A stretch of 64,000 bases of DNA, taken from assembly GCA_009914755.4 (NCBI GenBank), contig CP086569.2:22432001-22496000 (forward strand). Direction: 5' to 3'. The notes beneath the pieces are model-generated. The model was not told where the DNA came from. It saw only the letters and a program-made list of their open reading frames with translations, and made no database searches. The DNA comes from the human T2T-CHM13v2.0 reference genome, Homo sapiens. Below, in pieces: positions 24,346 to 38,098 of the stretch. Position 1 is the first letter of the stretch, and every line of letters begins with the position of its first letter. A program made the translations under genes and the position numbers.

Positions 24346-25970
24346 TATGGGTCAGGCTGGAAACAAGTTTGTTAATTACTTAAGCCTGGTGCAGCAGTTA
24401 TTGAGCCATAGAGGAGTAATTATGAGTACCAAAAATCTCATATCTTTTTTCCATCTCATAGAAAAGTATTCTCCTTGGTTCCTGGAATACAGAACCATGA
24501 ATGTAAAAGACTGGGACAAGATCGGACCAGACTTAAAAGGAGCACAACAAGAGGGCCACGATAGTCCCTTCTCCACTTGGTCTGTGTGGTCAGCAATTAA
24601 AACAGCACTGGAGCCCTTCCACACTGAGAAGGAGGAGGAGAAGTTTCAGGGTGACATAAAAAAGTTTAATAATCAGGAGTCTGATAATCAGCACAGTCAA
24701 CCATCACAGTCTAGTTTAAAAAAGGGGGAGAAATGGGAAGGTGTACATACTAACCTCCAAAAACTTATGAAAGAAACAGTTCCCCCTACTGCGCCTTTAG
24801 AGGAAGGTGCAGAACAGCCACCTCCACCTCAGCCTTATGAATTTTTGGAAAGGGAGACTGAGACATGGCTTGCCACTCCCATTGTTTCACGGCCTACCAT
24901 TGACTATGGTAAAGGGAAGCTTCAACAGCCCAACAGCCAATTACGGTGAGGGAATGATCCAGGCTTGTCCACCTGTTAATTATGGGAGAGAAATGCTGTG
25001 AGCCAGTCCAAATACAAATTATGGTGCAGGGGCAATTCAGGCATCCATTTGACAGGCACAAGAAATGGGGGATTTGGATGCTTGGCAGTTTCTGGTAATT
25101 ATTTCTCCAGCTGAGGAGCCCAGAGAACATGCTCGGGCCTGCTGGGAGCCATTTCCTTTTAAAATATTAAAAAGACTTTAAGCAAGCAATTGGACAATAT
25201 GGGCCAAATTTTTCTTAGGTTCATTCTTCATTATAATTTGTGGCTTATAACAGGCCCTTAATACCTATGGATTGGGAGTCATTAGCTCGATCCACCCTGT
25301 CTCCCTCTCAATTTCTCCAATTTAAAACCTGGTGGACAGATGAAGCAACAAGTCAGGCAGGGAGAAATGCTCAGGCCCAACCTCCTATTAATATCACATC
25401 TGATCAATTGCTTGGAATTGGGCAGGCATGGGGTACTGTAAATCAACAGATGGTAATGGGTGATGAGTCTGTTGATCAGCTCAGAACTATACACTGAAGA
25501 TACCAGAAAAAAAATTCATGACCCTGTTACTATTTATCCTTCTTTTAACTCAGTTTGACAGGGTCCAAGGAAGATTTATCCAGATTTTATCACCCCATTT
25601 GCAAGAAGCTGCTCAAAAGACTATTTCAAATTCTTGTGCCAGGAAAGTGATCATTCAGCTGCTTGCTTATGAAACTATGAATACAGAATGTCAGGGAGAA
25701 ATTAGATCTATTAAGGTAAAGGCAGATCTAAATGAGGAAAAAACTGTAAGTGAATATATTACAGCCTGTGATGGCATTGAGGAGCCCTTATATAAGGCCA
25801 ACCTCCTTTCTCAGGCAATGGCTGGACTAAGGGTAACAAAAAACACATGAGTGTTCCCTGGATCTTGATATAATTGGGGACAGATAGGACATGCAAAAAG
25901 AGAGTGTACAAAGAGCCAAAAAAGGCAAAACTCAGGACCAGGCCCTGATTCAAAACAGGGCATTCCCAAT
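24346..25970 (+). pseudogene. ERV2 gag remnant (MA through CA and a degenerate NC zinc knuckle); frameshifted.
   Basis: MGQAGNKFVNYLSLVQQLLSHRGVIMSTKNLISFFHLIEKYSPWFLEYRTMNVKDWDKIGPDLK... LIPMDWESLARSTLSPSQFLQFKTWWTDEA...INITSDQLLGIGQAWGT (compare HML-2 LIPYDWEILAKSSLSPSQFLQFKTWWIDG...NIDADQLLGIGQNW). ...RKVIIQLLAYETMNTECQ...VSEYITACDGI (compare KVIVELMAYENANPECQ...ISEYVKACDGI). Confidence 0.85.
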
Positions 25971-25975
25971 TCAGG

Positions 25976-26640
25976 GTGGGTCACCCTGACCCCAAACAGA
26001 GTATTCCCAGCCCAGTCTATCCCTGCACAAATGCAGAGCAATTGTCCCCCTCCACAGATAAAAGTGGGGCAGTAAATACATGCTGTACTGAACCTGTATC
26101 CCTCCTTCCTGGGGAGACTCCCAGGAAGATCCCAACGGGAGTTTACGGCCCATTGCCAAAGGACATGGTGGGACTTATACTTGGAAGGTCCAGCTTAAAA
26201 TTAAAGGGAATTCAAGTACATACTGGGGTAGTGGGCTCTGATTGCCAGGGAGAAATTCAAATTGTTATCTCCTCCACTGTTCCCTGGAGTGCTAATCCAG
26301 GTGACAGAATAGCTCAACTGTTGTTTTTACCATATGTTAAGATAGGAGAAAGCTCAGAATAAAAGGAGGATATAGAAGCACAAATTCAGCAGGCAAGCCT
26401 GCCTATTGGGTAAATCAAGTCTCTGACAATAGTCCTATTTGTAGGTCACTATTAAAGGAAAACAATTTGAGGCTCTTGTCGACACAGGAGCAGATGTGTC
26501 AATCACAGCGTTTATCAATGGCCCAAAAACTGGCCCAAACAAAAGGCCCCAGTGGGTCTTGTTGGGATTGAGGATTTGCTTGTATCTCACCAGGAGAGAA
26601 TCAACTTCTTGTCTGGGTACCCACAAGACATCTTAAGCTG
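25976..26640 (+). pseudogene. ERV2 pro region: a dUTPase domain (128-aa open frame) and a truncated aspartic protease.
   Basis: dUTPase ...[67 protein letters not shown] (compare HERV-K [44 protein letters not shown]...QGNRIAQLILLP). Protease VTIKGKQFEALVDTGADVSI at ~26440-26500. Confidence 0.85.
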
Positions 26641-28556
26641 TGCCAGGAGCCAGAATTCAAGGAAGAGGAAAAGACCTCAGAAAGTCCCTACACCCCCAGT
26701 TCATCAGATGGCTCAGATGAACATCTCTGTTGAGCAGATGGAAACCAGTAAAACTTACCAAGCAACTCCACCGACCTGGGGGCGGATGAAGAGACTAGCT
26801 CGCACTGAAGAAGAGAACCTGCGGTCTCAGCACAAGCTGCTGACCACCAGTAATCTAATGGTAGCTACGATGGTGGTAATCCCCTTGGTGGTGAGTCTCC
26901 CTGCAGAGGGGCAGATCAAAATTACACTTACTGGACCTACATTGCATTCCCACCACTGATTAGGCCTGTTATAAGTTTAGATGCCCCAGTGGAGGTTATG
27001 TTAATGATAGTGTCTGGATGCCTGGACCAATAGATAACCAAGGTCCTACTCATCCAGAGGAGGAAGGAATGTTAATGAAAGTTTCCATTGGTTATCACTT
27101 TCCTCCCATCTGCCTGGGGCCAGCAGCAGGATGTTTAAATTATGATAAACAACGTTGGATGGTTTATGTCCCTGAACATAATGGATGAAAGGCCTCTATT
27201 CATGTAATCAGTGGAAGAACATTTCAATCTTTGGACACTATTAAATACCTTGAGCATGGCTATGTTATGACACATCATCAGATTAATAAACTTAAACCTT
27301 CTTATTGAAGTCCTGCCCCAGGCAGGCCACTAAATGAAAATCTAGAGGTGCTAACCTGGGAAGATTGTATTGCAAACAGCGCTGCAGTATTGCAAAATAA
27401 TTCCATTGGAATCATCACTGATTGGGTCTCTAGAGGTCACTTTGCCATAAATTGTACCGGACACAGCAAAGATTTTGGAGAGACTCCTTTGCAAAAGACT
27501 TCCCAGATAACGCACTAAAATTATATAGAAGAATTGAAACAAACTGCCCTATTAAGTGGGAGGAGAATGGTATGGCTCCTCCAAGGCCAAAAATGATTGA
27601 TCCAATTACAAGACCAGAACATCCAGAATTGTGGAAATTAATGATGGCTCAAACCCCAGTTGGGATTTGGAAAGGAGAATATAAAACAGAGACTCATAGT
27701 GAAAATCTTTGATTTGTTGTAGCCATGATCTCTAATCAGACAGTCCCATTGCAGAGTTGTGTTAAACCTCCTTTTATGTTAGCAGCAGGAAAAGTTAATA
27801 TCCTACTTGACTCTCAAACCATATCATGCCTCAGCTGTCATATTTTTACCTGCATTAATTCTACCTTTAATAAAGATAACAGCACTTTACTGGTTAGGGC
27901 CTGAGAAGGAGTTTGGATACCTGTTTCCCTCAATAGACCTTGGGACGCCTCTTCCTCCATATATATTATCACTGCAGTACTAAAAGAAATACTTAATAGA
28001 TCAAAGAGATTCATATTTACCTTAATAGCTGTCATCACGGGCCTCATAGCGGTCACAGCTATAGCTGCTGCTGCTGTTGTAGCTTTGGATTCTTCTATTC
28101 AAACTGTGAGCTCTGTGGATAGTTGACAGAAAAATTTTTCCAAGCTTTGGAATTCCCAAAGCCAAATAGATCAAAAATTGGCAAATCAAATTAATGATCT
28201 TCATCAAACAGTAATTTGAATGGGTGGTCAGATTATGAGCTTGGAGCAGAGAATTTAAATGCAAAGTGATTGGAATACTTCTGATTTTTGTTTCCTCCTA
28301 GCTCTTATAATACCACTGAACACCACTGGGAGTTGATTAGACATCGCCTACCAGGAGAAGATAATTTAACATTAGATCCTGCTAAACGGAAAAAACAACT
28401 TTTTGCAGCATCTCAGGCTCATCCCAGCTTGTTGCCTGGAGCTGATATTCTTGCTGGAGCCACTGATGGCCTTTTTAACAATAATCCTTTAAAGTGAATT
28501 AAAACCATAGGTGGATCATCAACTGCAAATATTATTTTGGTTTGTGTCTGTTTCTG

Positions 28557-28589
<33 letters not shown>

Positions 28590-28690
28590 TCTACAGTTGC
28601 GGACAGCACCTTGGGAGAGAAGACAGACACCGTGAATGAGCTATGATAGCAATGGTGGTTATTAATTTAAAAAAAATGGGGACAAAAAAG
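26630..28690 (+). pseudogene. ERV2 env remnant (Rec-like N-terminus with a basic stretch, SU, TM); nearly full length but frameshifted. pol is absent between the protease and the env start.
   Basis: ...RKRKRP...[26 protein letters not shown] (compare HERV-K env/Rec RRRRHRNR...[30 protein letters not shown]). [39 protein letters not shown]... WEDCIANSAAVLQNNSIGIITDW. TM ...[28 protein letters not shown]...QSDWNTSDFC. Confidence 0.8.
28557..28597. repeat. Poly(T) tract (~40 nt) near the ERV2 env 3' end, just upstream of the 3' LTR.
   Basis: Direct reading. This is the reverse complement of where a polypurine tract would be expected, so it is probably a slippage-expanded T-run. Confidence 0.85.
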
Positions 28691-28697
28691 TGGGACA

Positions 28698-29283
28698 TAT
28701 GGAAAAGAGAGTTTCTGGGATGCCAGATGAGTTGGTCTGCCCTGTGTGAGACTCCCATGGGGAGCCATGGATGGCGTCTGAGGAGAAAAGTCTCCTTACT
28801 GCCTTCATGCCCTTATGCCTGGAGAGCATAACAGCTCAGCGGCATGCCGCAGCTTGCTCAGGGAAATAACACTCCCTTGAAGCAGTGGAGTCTAATCAAA
28901 TGTCTTGGCTTCTCCTGAAACCTAGTCCCACCCATTTCAGTCCCGATAAGTTAAATACATTAAGTAGTTTAGACACACACCTTTGCCCAAGGAAATTCAC
29001 AGAAACCGCCACTGCTATACATCCTATTGAATGACTCACGAGTTCTCCTTCACTGATTAATCCTTCCCCTCATCCCTTTCTACTCCTCCTATCTGCCCTA
29101 TGAACAAAAAGCTTGAAAACCAATAAATTGGGTGGTGGCTGAGAGCTCCAGGCCATGAACAAGACTCCAATTCTCTGGTCCCCTGGACCTGCCTTTTAAA
29201 CTCTCATTCTGTCTTTTTCTAATTCCTTTGTCTTCGCTGGACTCGGGGCACCTGCTGGGCAGTGTGGGGCTGGTTTCCCAACA
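28698..29283 (+). repeat. ERV2 3' LTR (~586 bp).
   Basis: Begins ta/tgtggaaaagagagtttctgggatgccagatgag and ends ...ggctggtttcccaaca. Unit sequence resumes at 29284. Confidence 0.8.
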
Positions 29284-30753
29284 ATTCTGTCAAGTGATTT
29301 TTTTCTCTCTGGGTATAAGGAATTGCCACAGACAGCCTCTGAGACACTGTCTCAACCTCATCGGCACCCATGAGAGGCCAGTTCAAAGTGTGAGAACATG
29401 TCTCCAACGTGGACTTGCCTTTCTTGTGGTTCTTGCTTATCTGAGAGAGCCCCTGTGAGGCCCAGGATGAAGGGAGGCAGTGAGATTAACGGCCTGGCCA
29501 TCTTTTGCTGACAGCTGCCTCTGGGGTCTTAGATATGATTCTATCATCCAAAGAACACTGAACAACACAACAGACTATATCCTGATCCCCGTGGGATCTG
29601 ATCCTTGCACACACATTCTCTTTCAGGAATAGAGTCAGAAGAGCTGTTTCCAGCCACTACCTAACAGTATTGAAATGTGTACTCCTCCAGCGGGACGAGA
29701 CCATGGAGGCTGCCCATGGGTCCCTAAGGTCGAGATGTTTAGGGTCTCACAGTGGGTTTTCACAGGTAGCCATTTTCCCGATATGAGGCCAGCTTTGCCT
29801 GTGCATTTTCTTCTGCCTAGGCAGGCTGACATCTCTGACAGCTGGGTGCTTGAACCTGCCCCAAGAATGTGCATGTGCTAGTTTCAGGGCACCAGGCCTG
29901 ATGGTGAGTTCTGGCTAGCCTTATAATGTCACTGTTGCCTAGCAACAAGTTCCTGCGGCTTGGCAGAGAAAGAGACCTGCTCGGAGGTGCATTGGCGGTG
30001 GACTCTCCCCTGTCTTTTCTGTGGGATCCACAGGATAGTCCCATGATCCTATGAGAAGGCAGATGTGAGCCAGCCTTGAAGAAATATCAACCATGATCAG
30101 AGGGCTTATGGGAGTCAGCCTGAAGAAACATCAACCACAGCCCCACAAATAAACTGCAAAATCTCTAAGGATCCAAAAGGATCTGCAGAATTCCTCAGGC
30201 CACCCTAGAGGTTGTATGGGTTTTGAAACTTACGCCAATGTGATTTCTAGGTACAGCCTGCCTGTGTTCCCTGGGGTTGCTGTCTCTCAGGTGGGGCCTC
30301 CTGCAGAACCATGCAACCTCGGGATCTGCCATGCTGTGTGTTTCCGTGGGTGTGTTGCGAGTGTTTGACGTCGAGTGTGTGTGGCATTTTGTGTGTGTGT
30401 GTGTGCCTGTAAGTGGGGTCTGCTTAAAGGAATAGGGCTAACACACTTCAGTGCTTCTTGTTTTTAGCCTCACTAACTTTTGGTGGCCTGTGTGTGTGGC
30501 TATGCTTGGGCTGCATGGTTCCGTGTTATTTTTCTGTAGATCCTGAATCCCCAGTGAATTTGGAGGTGGGCCAAGACCTGCTAGCATCCAAAATCAACTC
30601 CCCCTGCAGAAAAAAACCACTCTTCTAGAAGACGAGCACACCACACCAAAAACCAGGTATCTCTCAGTGTTTCCTTCATCTTGAGGACAACGCAGGGAGA
30701 GACACTAGCAGATCTGTCTGCAAGGCCACTTGGATTAACCTCGAATTTGGTTC

Positions 30754-33218
30754 CCAGCTGCGCACATGCTTCACATCATGAGGGATGCACTTCTCCATCT
30801 TCTTGGGATTTTATCCTGGAACATAGAGTCTGAGCAGCAATAAGGTCACATGGGGTGAGGATACAATCTGCTGAATGGAGAATGGGTTCCAGCAACTTCA
30901 CCTGCAAATAAATAAATAAATAAATAAAGACAGATGACACAAAAGGTGCTTCTAACTCCATCCCAACATTCCCTTAATTTCAAAAGCAGTCCACACTATG
31001 GCCCAGAATTCAGGTGGGAGTATTTCAACGTGCAAAGAATATTTGGAGTGCAAATTGGGGCCATTCTGGCAAACTCCCAATGTGAGAACTTTCATACCCA
31101 GAGCCAAATGGGAGTGGAATGGATTGGTGCTGGGTAGGATGTGGCCTCTACACTTGCCTCTTCTTTTTCTGACTTCCATGTTTCTCTCCAGCCTAGGGTT
31201 TCCTGTGTCTGGCTCAATGACTTCCGCACTAAATGTTTCTCAGTTCATGAGAATGACCCTCATGGGAATCCATAGCATGAACGTTTTCTTCTAAAAATTC
31301 TCAATTTTTATTGACTGGGCAGCTCTGGTACTTTAACAACCATTAATTCCTGTTACAGCAGCAAACAAGGAAACACCTATTCTCCCACTTCTGTCGGAAT
31401 GCTGCAAGATTCCTGTAGGATGAGAAGCTTGCAGCTGTGTCTGGCTTTTGCCTGGTAAACTAGCCTCTGTTTCATTTCATCTGCATAGCCTTCTCATAGT
31501 GGAGGGGCTCTTGCATTGCTCTGTTGCTGGATAGGAATGCCTCTTCCCACCAATTATTTAGCTGCCAGAGATATCAGAGAGCAGAAGGGACTTTGGGTCA
31601 CATGGCTGCACTCCAGATTGTGGATTGTTGTATGTTGTGGGAGCTGAAGTTGTTTGCACTTTGCAGGAGTCTTTGGGGTCCTCAGACAGGAATCATTGAA
31701 CATTGCTTGGACTCTGGCAAAAGGCATCTCGTTGTTTCAGGTGAGCTTTGATTTTTCTTTGCTTTCATGGAGAATTCACAGTGCTCCTCAACAGCACTAC
31801 TGGACACCATTTTTAGGCTTGCCGTCACCACAGACAGCCTCTGAGATGGTGTCACATCCTCATATGCACCCATGAGGGGCAAGTTCGAGGTATGAGAACA
31901 GTGTTGATCTTATACTTGCCTTGTCTTGCTTCCTGCCTTTCCCAGAGAGCCTATGCAAGGCCCCAGATGAAGGGAGGCAGAGAGGTCAAGAGCCTGGTCA
32001 TCTTTTGCTGACACCCACCTCTGGGATCTCAGATCTGCTGCTATCACCCAAAAAACCCCTCCAGAACACACCAGACTTATATCAATCCCTATGGGACCCA
32101 ATTCTTTCACACAGCCTCCTTTGGGAACGGACTCAGAAGAGCAGTTTCCATGACCACTTCATGGTCTTGAAATGCCTCCTCCTCCAGTGGAACACAACCA
32201 TGGAGATGGCTTGAATAACCCCCAAAGTTGAGACTTTTAGGGTCCTGCAATGGGTTTCACAGGCAGCTTATTTCCTGATACCAGACTGACTCTGCCTCTG
32301 CCATTTTCCTCTGCTTAGGCAGGCTGACGGGTCTGAGAGCCAACGCCCAAGCCTGCCTCATTAATGTGCATGCACTAGTCTCAGGGCACCAGGCCTTATT
32401 GTGAGCTCTGGCTAGCTTCACAATGAATGCCACCTTTGCCTAGCGACAAGTCCCTGCAGCTTGGCAGATAAAGAGACCTCCGTGGAGGTGTGTCAGCAGT
32501 GGACTCTCACCTGTCTTCTCTGTTGGATCCATGGGATAGTCCCGTGATCCCAGGAGAGGGCAGACATGAGCCAGCCAGAAGTAACATCAAACAGAGCCCT
32601 AGGAATAAACTGTGAAATCCATGAGAATACAAAACAATCTGCAGAATTCCTCAAACCTGTTTAGACTTTGTAGGGTTGAGTCTTTTTGAAATTGCTCTAC
32701 TGTGATATCCAGGTATACTGGCTGTGTTCCCTGAGGTTGCTCTTTCCCAAATGCGGCTTCCTGCAGAACCACACAGCCTCAGGAGCTGCCAGCCTGTGTG
32801 TTTCTGTGAAAGTATTGAGAGTGTTGGATGTCTGCGTGTGTGTGTGTCTGTGTGTGTGCATGTTAGAATATAAGTGGAGTATTCTTAAAGGAATGTGGCT
32901 AACACATTTTAGCACTTCTTTTTTTTGAGTCTCCCAACTTTTTGGTGGCCTGTCTGTACAGCACTGCTTGGGCTGTGGGGCTCCATGTTCTTTAGTTTTC
33001 TGTGGATCATAAATCCCCAGTGAATTGGGAGGCAGGCTGAGACCCACCAGTGTCAAACTCATCTCCCACTCCAAAAGAAAGCCACTCTTAGAAAAAAGGG
33101 GAGCACACCACATGAAAAAACAGTCATCTCTGAGTGTTTCATTGTCCTGCAAACAATGCAGGGAGATACACTAGCAGTCCTGTCCATAGGGCCCTTGAAT
33201 TTACCTCAAATTCAGGTC
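30754..33218 (+). repeat. Array unit U5 (2465 bp).
   Basis: Phase marker cccagctgcgcacatgcttcacatcatgagggatgcac at 30754. Confidence 0.8.
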
Positions 33219-35694
33219 CCAGCCAAGCAGTTGGTTCACATCATAAGGGGGCAATACTCCATCGTCTTGGGTTTTCATTTTGGGACATAGAGTGTGAGCA
33301 ACAATAAGGTCAGACAGGGGTGAGGATACAATCTGGTGGGAATTGGATGAGATCCCACAACTTCAACTGCAAAAAAATAAAGACAGATGACACAGAAGGT
33401 ACTTCCAACTCCATCCCAACATTCCCTTAATTGCACAAGCAGTCCACACCATGGCCCAGTGTTCAGGTGAAAGTATTCCAATGTGCAAGAAATATTTGGG
33501 GAGCAAACTGGGGTCATCCTGGCAAACTCTCAATTTGCAGGCTTTCATACTGGGAGCAAAATGGGAATGAAATGGTTTGATGGTAGATGGGAAGTGGCCT
33601 CCACACTTGCCCCTTCTTTCTCTGATGTCCATGTTTCTTGTCAGTGTAGGGTTTCCTATGTCTGGCTCAATGACTTCCACAATACATGTTTCTCAGTTCA
33701 CAGAGAATGACCCTAATGGGAACCCATTGCATGAGTGTTTCCTTCTAAACACTTTCACAATTTAATGACTGGGCAGCTTTGATACTTTTAAAACCATAAA
33801 TAGCCACCAACAAGGAAACTCTTGTTTTTTTTCACTTCTATTGGCATTCTGCATGATTCCTGTAGGGTGAGAAGCAGTCAGCCCTGTCTGGCTTTTGCCT
33901 GGTAGTCTAGCCTCTGATTTTTTTCATCTGCATGGTCATCTTATTGAGCAGGTATTCTTTCATTGGGCTGTGGCTGGATGGGACTGCCTCTCACCAAAGA
34001 TTATTTTGCTTCCCAGGATTTCAAAGAGCAAAAGGGACTTTGAGGAGTCTGGCTGCACTCCAAGTTTCGATCTGTTGTCTCAGGTGGGGGCTGAAGTTGT
34101 TTGCAATTTGCAGGAGGCTTTTGGGTTCTCTGACAAGAAGCATTGAACATTGCTTAAACTCCAGCTCAGTGCAGCTCATTCTGTCAGGTGAGCATTGATT
34201 TTTCTTTGCTTTTATGGGAAATCCACAGTGTCCTTCAACAGCTCTACCGGACATCATTTTCAGGCTTGCCATCATCAAAGATGACCTCTGAGACATGGTC
34301 TCTACCTCATCTTCACCCATAAGAGGTCAGTCCAAGGTGTGAGAATATGGTTCAAACTTTGACTTGCCTTTTTCATGGTTCCTGCCTTTCTCAGAGAGCC
34401 CCTGCTAGGCATAGGATGATGGAGGTAGTGAGGTCAAGAGCCCAGACATCTTTGCTAAAAAATGCCTCTGGGGTCTCAGGTATGATGCTATGACCCAAAG
34501 AACCATCAACAACACACCAGACAGACTATATGCCAATCACCATGGGACCCGATTCTTGCAGACACACATTCTCTTTTGGGAATGGATTTCAAAGGGCAGT
34601 TTTCAGTGACCACCTCAGAGTCTTGAAACACCTCATCCTCCATCAGGACACAACCACAGAGATGGTCCAAATGAGCCCTGAGGTCGAGGCTTTTATTGTC
34701 CTGCCATGGGTCTTCACAGGCAGCCTTTTTCTTGATACCAGGCCAGCTCCGACTGTACCATTTTCCTCTGCTTAGGCAGGCTGAATGCTGTTACAGCAGG
34801 ACACATAAGCCTGTCTCAGGAATCCACATAAGCTAGTCTCAGGGCACCAGTCCTGAGTGTGAACTCTGTCTAGAGTCACAGTGAATGTCACTGTTGCCTA
34901 GCGACAAGTCCCCGCGGCTTTGTGGAGAAGACTCCCAAGGAGGAGACCTCCATGGAGGTTCGTCGGCTGAGGTCTCTCACCTGTCTACTCTGTGAGATCC
35001 ACAGGATAGTCCCATAATCCTAGGATAGGGAGGATGTGAGCCAGCCTGAAGAAACATCAAGAAGAGCCCCAGGAATAAGCTGCCAAATCCCTAAGGATCA
35101 AAAAACATCTGCATGCTGTCTAGATGTTGGAAGGGTGTCTTTTTGGAACTTGTCTTAACTGTGATTTTTAGGTACAGCCCATCTCTTTTCCTTGGAGTTA
35201 CTTTGTCTCAGATGGGGCTTCCTGCATAATCCTGCAGCCTGAGGAGCTGACAGGCTATGTGTTTTTGTGGGAGTGTTGCAAATGTTGGATGTCTGCCTGT
35301 GTGTGTGTTATTGTGTGTTTGTGTATCTGTGTGTGTGTGTGCCGTTAAGTGGAGTCTGCTTAAAGGAATGTGGCTAAAGCACTTCAGTGTTTTTTTATTT
35401 TTTTAGTATATTAACCTTTTGGTGGCCTGTCTCTGTGGCTCTTTTGGGCTGTCAGGCTTGTGTTATTTATTTTTCTGTGAATCATGAATCCTCAGTGATT
35501 TTGGAGGCGGGCCAAGCCTGCCGGCAACCAAGGTATCTCCCCGTACAATAAAAGCCACTCTTCTAGAAAGAAGAGGAGCACACCATACCAAAAAAACAGA
35601 CATTTCCCGATGTTTCATTTTCCTGCAGCCAACCCAGGTAGAGAAACTAGCAGTCTAGTCCTCAGGGCCCCTATATTTACGTCAAATTCAGTTC
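33219..35694 (+). repeat. Array unit U6 (2476 bp).
   Basis: Phase marker ccagccaagcagttggttcacatcataagggggcaatactcc. Confidence 0.8.
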
Positions 35695-38098
35695 CCAGCT
35701 GATCAGGCGCTATACATTGTGAGGGGACACTCCTCCCTCGTTTTGGGATTTCATCCTGGGACATAGAATATGAGCAGAAATAAGGTCAGATAAAGGTGAG
35801 GATATAATCTGGTGACAAGGGGAAGGGGTCCCGCAACTTCACCTGCAAAAAGATAAAGACAGATGACACAGAAGGTGTTTCCAATTCTATGCCCGCATTC
35901 CCTTAATTGCACAAGCAGTCCACAACATAGCCAGGAGTTCAGGTGGCAGAACTCCTACGTGCAAGGAACATGTGGAGTGCAAATTGACACCATCCTGGCA
36001 AACTCCTGATTTAAGGGCTTTCATACCTAGAGCCAAATGGCAGTGGAATGGATTGATGCTGGGTGGGATGTGGCCTCCATACTTCCCCCTTCTTTTCCTG
36101 ACTTCCATGTTCCTGGTCAGCCTAGGGTTTCCTGGGTCTGGCTAAATGACTTCCACACTAAACGTTTGCCTGTTGCTGGTGAATGACCCTCAGTGGAATC
36201 CACTGCATGAGCGTTTTCTTCCAAACACTGTCACGTTTTAATGACTGGACAGTTTTGATACTTTAAAACAATAAATTCCCATTTCAGCCACCAACAAGGA
36301 AACTCTTATTCTACCACTTCTATCAGAGGCCTGCATGATTCCTGTAGGAGGAGAAGAAGGCAGCTGTGTGTACATTTTACCGGGCAATCGAGGCTCTGTT
36401 TCATTAAATCTGCATGGCTCTCTCACTGTGGAGGGGCTCATTCATTGAGCTGTTGCTGGATGGGACTGCCTCTCACTACAGATTGTATAGCTTATCAGGG
36501 TTTCAGAGAGCAAAAGGGACTTCGAATAGGCTTACTGTGCTCCACATTTTGGTCTATGGTCACATTTTGGGGGCTGAAGTTGCTTGAACTTTACAGTAGG
36601 ATTTTGGGTCCCCTGACAGAAATCACTGAACATTGCTTGGACTCCAGCACAAGGCAGCTCGTTTCCTCAGGCAAGCCTTGTTTTTTTCTTGCTTTCATGG
36701 AAAACCCACAATGCCCCTTAACAGCACTGCTGGACACAATTTTCAGGCTTACTATCACCACAGATGGCCTCTGAGACACTGTGTCAACATCATCTGCACC
36801 AAGAAGAGACCAGTCTGAGGTGTGAGACAACTGCTCCACCTTGGGCTTTCCTCGGTCATGGTTCCTGACTTTTCCAGAGGGCCCCTGTGAGGCCTAGGGT
36901 GAAGGGAGGCCATGAGGTCAAGCTCGGGCATCTCTCACTGATGCTCACCTCTGGGCTTTCAGGTATAATTCTATCACCCAAAGAACCCCAACAACACAAC
37001 AGATTCTATTCCAATCTCCATGGGACCTAATTCTTATGCACAGCCTCTTTCAGGAATAGAGCCAGAAGAGTAGTTTCCAGCGACCACCTCACAGTCCTGA
37101 AGTGCCTCCTCCTCCAGTGGGACCCAACTATGGAGATGACCCAAAGGGGCCCTGAGGTTGAGACTTTTAGAGTCTCACAGTGGGTTTTCATAGGCATCAT
37201 TTTTCCTGATACCAAGGCGTCTCTGCCTGTATCATTTTCCTCTGCTTAGTCAGGCTGAGAGCTCTGACATCTGGGCACCAGAGCCTGCCTCACGAATGTT
37301 CATGAGCTAAGCTCAGGGAACCATTCCTGATTTTGGACTCCAGAGGAGACCTCTGTGGAGGTGCGTTGGTGGTGCACTCTTTGCCTGTCTTCTCTGTGGG
37401 ATCCACAGAATAATCTCATGATCCTATGAGATGGCAGATGTGAGCGAGCCTGAAGAAATGTCAAGCAGAGCCCTAGGAATAAACTGCAAAATCCCTAAGG
37501 ATCCAAAAGCATCTGCAGGATTCCTCAGGCCTGTCTAGATGTTTTAGGGGTGAGTCTTTTTGAAACTTGCCCCTCTGATATTTTTAGGTAAAACCCACCT
37601 GTGTTCCCTGGGATTGCTCTCTCCCAGGTAGGGCTTCCTGCAGAAACATGCAGCCTCAGAAGCTGTCAGGTTCTGTGTTCCTTTGGGAGTGTTGTGAGTG
37701 TAGGATTTCTGTGTGTGTGTGTGTGTGTGTGGCATTGTGTGTTTGTGTCTGTGTGCCTGCAAATGGAGTCTGCTTAAAAGAGTGTGGCTAACACACTTCA
37801 ATCCTCTTTATTTGAGTCCCTCACCTTTTATTTTGGTTGCTTGTCTGTTTGGCTCTGCTTGGGCTCTGGGGCTCCATGTTTTTTTATTTTTCTGTGGATC
37901 ATGAATACGCAGTGTCTAAATCACCTTCCCCTGCAAAAAAACAAAACAAAACACTCTTCTAGAAAGAAGAGGAACACACCACACCAACACACCAAAAAAC
38001 AGACATCTCCCAGTGTCTCATTGTCCTACGGTCAACCCAGCAAGGGACACTAGCAGTCCTGTCCTCAGGACCAATTGAATTTACCTTGAATTCGGTTT
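35695..38098 (+). repeat. Array unit U7 (2404 bp).
   Basis: Phase marker ccagctgatcaggcgctatacattgtgaggggacactcc. Confidence 0.8.

Noticed and set aside
25976-26362. Functional dUTPase gene
   Set aside because: The 128-aa frame is open but begins inside degraded gag/NC sequence. It is followed by a truncated protease and has no upstream coding context; treated as a provirus remnant.
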